A stretch of 23,342 nt of DNA from Nitrososphaerota archaeon (lineage in GTDB: Archaea; Thermoproteota; Nitrososphaeria; Nitrososphaerales; UBA57), in NCBI GenBank assembly GCA_002713205.1, contig PAVW01000011.1, positions 1-23,342 of the forward strand. The letters are read 5' to 3'. Made by a program: the position numbers and the translations under genes. Shown in pieces: positions 1-5,305 of the stretch. How positions within the stretch are numbered: position 1 is the first letter of the stretch; every line of letters begins with the position of its first letter. The notes under the pieces were generated by a model that searched no databases, was not told where the DNA came from, and saw only the letters and a program-made list of their open reading frames with translations.

Positions 1-49
1 TAGTATCTTTAATGCTTTCTAGATCTTCAGATTTTTTTGATTTGGTCAT
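1..49 (-). CDS. 5' end of an unidentified CDS running off the left edge (MTKSKKSEDLESIKDT...)
   Basis: ATG at 49..47 on the minus strand, open to the window edge, 95 nt downstream of the fixX-like stop. Only 16 codons are visible, so no family call is possible. Confidence 0.3.
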   Translation of the reverse strand, partial: MTKSKKSEDLESIKDT

Positions 50-144
50 AATCTCAACTTGATATAAACATATAATAATTTTAAGGTTATTAAAATTTAA
101 GGTGAATTAAACTTACATAATATACAAAAAAATAGATTTTTAAC

Positions 145-450
145 TTATCCAAATTTAAAATTAACGCCTTTTCCCCCTTTAGGATAATTCCATTTTATGG
201 CGCCCTTACCGAGTTTATCACAAACTATTGTACACATACCCATTTCTATGCAACCTTCTATATTGTAAACAAGATTATCGTCAGAAAGATCATAAACTTT
301 AGAAGGACATACATACAAACATGGCTTTTTTTCACAAGATTTACATAAATCGGTATCAACTGTGATAAAATCATCGTCCAAATCAAATGAGAGCAACCCA
401 AGTCGTGATTCAAGAGTCATATCCAAATTTGATTTTTTATCAGTTTTCAT
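145..450 (-). CDS. fixX: FixX-type ferredoxin-like protein (4Fe-4S)
   Basis: 101 aa. CKSCEKKPCLYVCP (C-x2-C-x4-C-x3-C-P), then GCIEMGMCTIVC and a C-terminal WNYPKGGKGVNFKFG. This layout matches FixX/YdiT ferredoxin-like proteins that normally partner ETF-quinone oxidoreductase FixC. ATG at 450. Confidence 0.7.
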   Translation of the reverse strand: MKTDKKSNLDMTLESRLGLLSFDLDDDFITVDTDLCKSCEKKPCLYVCPSKVYDLSDDNLVYNIEGCIEMGMCTIVCDKLGKGAIKWNYPKGGKGVNFKFG

Positions 451-563
451 ATATTCAAGGTAATAAAAGTAGAATATAATTATTGTTAATATTAAAACAT
501 ACCATTATAAAATCTAAAAAAAATTAAAAAAGGTAATTTACCAGATTACAATCAATATAATTA

Positions 564-1589
564 ATGGGAATAAAATTACGTGACTTAAGTTCACCGAAAA
601 AAATAAAAATAAATGATTTAGCTGGAAATGTAGTTGCGATAGACGGATTCAATACAATATATCAATTTCTTACAACAATTAGAGGTCAATCGGGAGAACC
701 ATTAATGGATAGCAAAGGAAGAGTGACTAGTCACCTAACAGGCTTATTTTATAGAAACATTAATCTTTTAATGGCAAATATAAAACCAATATATGTATTA
801 GATGGAAAACCTTCAACGTTAAAAAAAATCATTATTGAAAAAAGAAGAGAGGTCAGAGAAAAAATGGAACAAAAATATCATCAAGCATTAAAAGAAGGAA
901 AAATTGAAGATGCAAAAAAATATGCGCGTTCGACAGTAAAAATCAATGAACTAATCATAAATGATTGTAAAAAAATACTTGAATTAATGGGAATTCCAGT
1001 AATAAATGCGCCATCAGAAGGAGAGGCAGCTGCTGCATATTTAACTGAAATAAATTTTGCATCGGTTACAGTAAGTCAAGACTATGATTCTATATTATTT
1101 GGAGCAAAGAAATTAGTAAGAAATCTCAATACAACAGGAAAAAGACGAATAAAAAACACAAGTAAATATATCAATGTTGAACCGGAAATGATAGAATTAA
1201 ATAAATTTTTAAATGAAAATAAAATAAATAGAAATCAATTAATAGATATGGGAATACTTATTGGAACTGATTTTAATCCAGATGGGTTTACAAATATAGG
1301 TCCAAAAACTGCTTTAAAACTAATAAGAAAATATGAAAGAATTGAAAACATTCCAAATATAAAAAAAGAATTAGAAAGAATAGATATTAATGAAATAAGA
1401 AAAATTTTCTTAGAACCTCATTCAATCAAAACAGATAACATCATACACAAAAAAATAGAAAAAGAGAAATTAATTTCTTTTCTTTGTCAAGATAGAGATT
1501 TTTCTCAACAAAGAGTAAAAAACAGACTAGATGAATTAGAAAAAACGGAAACAGACAGGGCACAGAGTTTGGATAAATGGTTTTCATGA
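564..1589 (+). CDS. fen: Flap endonuclease 1 (archaeal FEN1)
   Basis: 341 aa. N-domain AIDGFNTIYQF, LDGKPSTLK. I-domain APSEGEAAAAYL, SQDYDSILFG. H3TH GILIGTDFNP. C-terminal PCNA-interacting motif QSLDKWFS directly before the stop. Confidence 0.95.
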   Translation: MGIKLRDLSSPKKIKINDLAGNVVAIDGFNTIYQFLTTIRGQSGEPLMDSKGRVTSHLTGLFYRNINLLMANIKPIYVLDGKPSTLKKIIIEKRREVREKMEQKYHQALKEGKIEDAKKYARSTVKINELIINDCKKILELMGIPVINAPSEGEAAAAYLTEINFASVTVSQDYDSILFGAKKLVRNLNTTGKRRIKNTSKYINVEPEMIELNKFLNENKINRNQLIDMGILIGTDFNPDGFTNIGPKTALKLIRKYERIENIPNIKKELERIDINEIRKIFLEPHSIKTDNIIHKKIEKEKLISFLCQDRDFSQQRVKNRLDELEKTETDRAQSLDKWFS

Positions 1590-2128
1590 TTAATCAGAAA
1601 TTCATAAATTTTCTAATATTTGTTGAAAAATTAAAAGAGCGAAAAAGAAAAGGATGGTTAATTAAAACTAATCAAAAGGAAACAGAATCCGTAGCTGACC
1701 ATAGTTATGCAACGGCTATGATAAGCATGATTATAGGAGATTATTTAAAATTAGATACAAAGAAGATGGTTTACATGGCTCTTTTACACGACTTGGGTGA
1801 AGCTATAATAGGAGATCAAATTCCTAATGAAAATCCTCAGAAAGAAAATGAAGAAAACAATGCAATGTACAAGATACTTTCCACTTTACCCGACGAGCTA
1901 AAAAACAGATATATACAAATTTGGAATGAATTCAAGAATGGCAATACAAAAGAATCACAGATTGTTCATGAAATAGACAAACTAGAATTAATATTCCAAG
2001 CTGGAATATATCGTAAATCAATGAAAAATGAATCATTAAATGAATTTTTTCAATCTGCAAAATCAAATATTGATTCTGAATTCAATAAAGAATTTATGAA
2101 TTTTATTTTCAAATATTTCAAGGAATAA
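1586..2128 (+). CDS. HD-domain 5'-deoxynucleotidase (YfbR/HDDC2 family)
   Basis: RKGW...ESVADHSY...LLHDLGEAIIGD...EIDKLE matches the HDDC2/YfbR HD phosphohydrolase pattern. I prefer ATG 1586, which forms an ATGA overlap with the fen stop (1587..1589), over the track's ATG 1577. Confidence 0.85.
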   Translation: MINQKFINFLIFVEKLKERKRKGWLIKTNQKETESVADHSYATAMISMIIGDYLKLDTKKMVYMALLHDLGEAIIGDQIPNENPQKENEENNAMYKILSTLPDELKNRYIQIWNEFKNGNTKESQIVHEIDKLELIFQAGIYRKSMKNESLNEFFQSAKSNIDSEFNKEFMNFIFKYFKE

Positions 2129-2193
2129 TATGCATATATACATAATTTTTGTATAGAAATATTTATTTATGCATTACGATATTTTGTAATGTT

Positions 2194-3414
2194 ATGAGAG
2201 TAAAATCATTGCAATGCCGTATATGTAAAAAAGAATTTCGAGCTGAACTAAATTATGTTTGCGATGAATGTTTTGGGCCATTAGATGTAATATATAATTT
2301 TGATGAAATTAATCTGACAAAGAACATTATTTCAGAACGAGAAAAAAATCTTTGGCGATATAATGAATTGTTACCCATAGAGAATAAGAAAAATATAGTG
2401 GATATAGGTGCAGGATATACACCTTTGCATAAGGCAAAGAAATTAGCAGAAAAAATTGGAATAAAAGAACTCTATATAAAGAATGACACAGTTAATCCCT
2501 CGTTTTCTTTTAAAGACAGACCTGCAAGTGTAGCTGTATCAAAATGTCAAGAATTAGGTCTATGGGCAGTAGGATCACCTTCTACTGGAAATTTAGCATC
2601 TGCAACAGCAGCTCATGCAGCAAGAGCAGGAATACCATGTTATATTTTTATACCATATGATATTGAATCAGCAAAAATATCTCAGGCGCAAATTTATGGT
2701 GCGCATATAATACCAGTGAACGGGACATATGATGATGCAAACAGATTAGCATCATATGCAGGAGATGAATATGACATAGGGATAGTAAATGTAAATGTAA
2801 GAACATATTATGTAGAAGGATCTAAAACACTGGCTTTCGAAGTCTGTGAACAATTGGGATGGGTAGCTCCCGAACATGTAATAGTACCAACAGGAAGCGG
2901 GGCATTGTTATGTGCAATACAAAGAGGATTTAGAGAATTCAATAAACTAGATTTAATTAAAGAAGAAAAAATCAAAATAAGCAGTGCGCAACCTGAAGGA
3001 TGTTCTCCAATAGTTGATGCAATACAAAATAACAGTGATTTGATAAAACCGGTAAAAAAACCCAACACTATAGCGAAAAGTCTTGCAATAGGAGAACCAG
3101 GAGATGGAATTTTTGCTGTAAATACCGTAAAAAAATCAGGAGGATATGGAGAAAAAGTAAATAATGATGAAATAAGAGAAGCGATAAGATTACTTGCCAG
3201 CACAGAAGGAATATTTACTGAACCAGGTGGAGCAGTCTCAATAGCAGTACTTCAAAAATTAGTCAATCAAGGAAAAATTAATTCCGATGAACGCACAGTA
3301 TGCTATGTAACTGGAAATGGATTAAAGGCACCAGAAGCACCATATACTCAACCACCTAAATTCTCAATTGTAGAGCCAAAAAGAGAAGTATTACAGAGTA
3401 TCATAAGGCGATAG
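2194..3414 (+). CDS. thrC: Threonine-synthase-family PLP enzyme with N-terminal CxxC-x11-CxxC zinc ribbon (ThrC or a ThrC-like sulfur-incorporating enzyme)
   Basis: PLP-lysine motif NPSFSFKDRPAS (Lys codon 2512..2514), SPSTGNLASATAAHAARAGIP, YYVEGSKTLAFEVCEQLGW, VTGNGLKAPE. Zinc ribbon CRIC...CDEC at 2215..2271. Start moved from TTG 2149 to the first ATG at 2194 (MRVKSLQCRIC...). Confidence 0.85.
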   Translation: MRVKSLQCRICKKEFRAELNYVCDECFGPLDVIYNFDEINLTKNIISEREKNLWRYNELLPIENKKNIVDIGAGYTPLHKAKKLAEKIGIKELYIKNDTVNPSFSFKDRPASVAVSKCQELGLWAVGSPSTGNLASATAAHAARAGIPCYIFIPYDIESAKISQAQIYGAHIIPVNGTYDDANRLASYAGDEYDIGIVNVNVRTYYVEGSKTLAFEVCEQLGWVAPEHVIVPTGSGALLCAIQRGFREFNKLDLIKEEKIKISSAQPEGCSPIVDAIQNNSDLIKPVKKPNTIAKSLAIGEPGDGIFAVNTVKKSGGYGEKVNNDEIREAIRLLASTEGIFTEPGGAVSIAVLQKLVNQGKINSDERTVCYVTGNGLKAPEAPYTQPPKFSIVEPKREVLQSIIRR

Positions 3415-3430
3415 AGATGAAAAATCAAGA

Positions 3431-3712
3431 ATGACAAAAGTAAAGATTTTGATTCCACAAGTAATGTCATCAGCTACAAATGGTGAAAAAGAATTCCTTA
3501 TAGAAGGAAATACAGTAAAAGACATAATAAAAAATTTATCGGAGAAATATGGCGAGAGTTTTAAAAATAAGATTCTTGATAAAAACGGCAATCCAAAACC
3601 AGTAATAAATATTTACATTAATGATGAAAATATAAAATTTTTAGACGAACTTTCAACAGAATTAAATGATAAGGATGAGATTTTATTTTTACCTGCAGTG
3701 AGCGGAGGATAA
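3431..3712 (+). CDS. MoaD/ThiS/SAMP-type ubiquitin-like sulfur-carrier protein with native C-terminal Gly-Gly
   Basis: 93 aa ending ...DEILFLPAVSGG-stop, compared with SAMP1/MoaD ...LALFPPVSGG. The size and hydrophobic pattern fit a beta-grasp fold. It lies 16 nt after the thrC-like stop and 4 nt before the E1 ATG. Confidence 0.85.
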   Translation: MTKVKILIPQVMSSATNGEKEFLIEGNTVKDIIKNLSEKYGESFKNKILDKNGNPKPVINIYINDENIKFLDELSTELNDKDEILFLPAVSGG

Positions 3713-3716
3713 TTTA

Positions 3717-4820
3717 ATGAAACTATCAGATAAAGAAATTGAAAGATACTCACGACAAATTGTTTTAGATGAAATTGGATTTGAAGGTCAGCAGAAAATA
3801 AAAAATTCAACAGTAACAGTAGTCGGAATAGGAGGACTTGGATCTCCAATAGCACAACAACTTGTTGCAATGGGAATAGGAAAAATTAGAATCGTAGATA
3901 GAGATGTGGTTGAAATATCAAATTTACACAGACAAGTATTATATGGAGATGACGATATTGGGTTATCAAAAGCAGAAGCGGCGTATTACAGACTAAAAAA
4001 AATAAATCCTCAAGTCAATATAGAACCATTGACATTATCTATTAATGACGATACGGTAGACAAAGTAGTAAGTGGATCAAATGTAGTAATAGACGGTCTA
4101 GATTCAGTATCTGCAAGATATACAATAAATAGAGCATGTGTTAAATTAAAAATTCCATATATATTTGGATCTGCAATAGTAACGACTGGGTCAGTAACGA
4201 CTATAATACCAAATAAAACAGCTTGTTTAGAATGTTTTCAACCATCATTAAAAGATGAAGAAATGCCGAAATGTGGAACAGAAGGAGTGCATCCATCGAT
4301 ATTAACTACAATATCCAGCGTACAAGTATCAGAAACTATCAAAATAATAATTGGGAAAGAGCCGAATTTAGCTAATAAATTATTTTTAGCAGATATCAAG
4401 AAACTTGACTATGACAAAATTACAATAATCAAGCAAAATAGATGTAAAGTTTGTGGAAATAATGTAGATTTATCAATTAAAGAGACAAAAAGAAAATTAA
4501 TAGAAGATATATGTGGAAGAGAAGGAAAATCAGTTCATATTATTAGTCCAAAAAAAGATCTTAATATTAACTTAAATGATTTAAACAAGATCATTGAAAG
4601 AAGGCAATTTAAGATAATTAGGAAAGGAGAATTAGGGACTACAATAAAATACAATGAGCAAATAACAATCAGTATTGTTTCTAGTGGAGTATCAATAATA
4701 GTGGGTGCCTTAGAAGAAAGAAGAGCACTAGAAATATTTAGTGAAATTATAATAGATGAATTAAAGATCAATCCAGAAGATATAGATAATGAATTTAATA
4801 AATTAGTACAATTTAACTGA
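3717..4820 (+). CDS. ThiF/MoeB/UbaA-type E1-like adenylyltransferase with a novel C-terminal extension of about 120 aa
   Basis: YSRQI, VVGIGGLGSPIAQQLVAMGIGKIRIVDRDVVEISNLHRQ (ATP loop and Arg finger), zinc pairs CLEC (170/173) and CKVC (243/246), and a conserved Cys186 in KCGTEGV. Residues 248-367 have no rhodanese signature. A GGAGG box, formed by the Ubl Gly-Gly codons, lies 8 nt upstream of the ATG. Confidence 0.85.
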   Translation: MKLSDKEIERYSRQIVLDEIGFEGQQKIKNSTVTVVGIGGLGSPIAQQLVAMGIGKIRIVDRDVVEISNLHRQVLYGDDDIGLSKAEAAYYRLKKINPQVNIEPLTLSINDDTVDKVVSGSNVVIDGLDSVSARYTINRACVKLKIPYIFGSAIVTTGSVTTIIPNKTACLECFQPSLKDEEMPKCGTEGVHPSILTTISSVQVSETIKIIIGKEPNLANKLFLADIKKLDYDKITIIKQNRCKVCGNNVDLSIKETKRKLIEDICGREGKSVHIISPKKDLNINLNDLNKIIERRQFKIIRKGELGTTIKYNEQITISIVSSGVSIIVGALEERRALEIFSEIIIDELKINPEDIDNEFNKLVQFN

Positions 4821-5282
4821 TCATAAATTTTTAACCATGCGAATATGCTTCATTCCACATTCAATAAATTCAGAACCAGAAACAACCCAACCTAATTTAG
4901 AATACCAATCAATGAGATAAGATTGTGCATTCATTTCTATAGGTTTAGATTCAATAATTGTATCAAGATAATTCATAAGCTGTGTTCCTATTCCATGTTT
5001 TTGTAAAGTAGGATTAACAGCTAATCGTCCTAATCTAAGAGGAGCATTATTAGTAAATAATCGTGCAGTTACAGCAATCTGATTATCAGATAATCTGCCA
5101 ATCAAATGTGTGCAAAGTTGATCTTGGTCATCAATTTCTATACACTCACCTTTCGAAACATCAATTAATCTTTGTTGATGATTAAAAACTAGACTTCGTA
5201 TTTTTAATATATCATACAAGTCATCTAAAGATAGATCGTGAAATTTATTATGGTAAAAGCTAACAGATAGGTTTTGAGTCAT
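4821..5282 (-). CDS. elaA: GNAT family N-acetyltransferase, ElaA-like
   Basis: 153 aa. LYDILKIRSLVF...IDDQD...THLIG, acetyl-CoA loop RLAVNPTLQKHGIGTQLM, and C-terminal AQSYLIDWYSKLGW...GMKHIRMV parallel E. coli ElaA. Its stop abuts the E1 stop. Confidence 0.7.
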   Translation of the reverse strand: MTQNLSVSFYHNKFHDLSLDDLYDILKIRSLVFNHQQRLIDVSKGECIEIDDQDQLCTHLIGRLSDNQIAVTARLFTNNAPLRLGRLAVNPTLQKHGIGTQLMNYLDTIIESKPIEMNAQSYLIDWYSKLGWVVSGSEFIECGMKHIRMVKNL

Positions 5283-5305
5283 AAATAAATTTTAATAAAG
5301 AATGA

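Noticed and set aside
2128-2174. Palindrome ATATGCATAT (2128..2137) and a second ATGCAT (2169..2174) upstream of the thrC-like operon. Also GGTAAtTTACC (532..542) upstream of fen.
   Set aside because: Short AT-rich palindromes are expected by chance at this base composition. There is no second line of evidence, so I have not called them operators. They are worth a look only if TSS or conservation data point there.
2149-2193. TTG-initiated 15-codon extension of the thrC-like gene (MYRNIYLCITIFCNV)
   Set aside because: The extension is hydrophobic and non-conserved in appearance. The first ATG (2194) sits directly before the zinc ribbon, and the extension would consume the only candidate promoter space after the HD gene.
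2808-3203. 131-aa minus-strand ORF inside the thrC-like gene. The same class includes the ORFs at 3391..3591, 3613..3870 and 4535..4771.
   Set aside because: All are antisense to well-supported CDS (thrC-like, Ubl, E1). They are S/L/F/I-rich and have no motifs or plausible start context.
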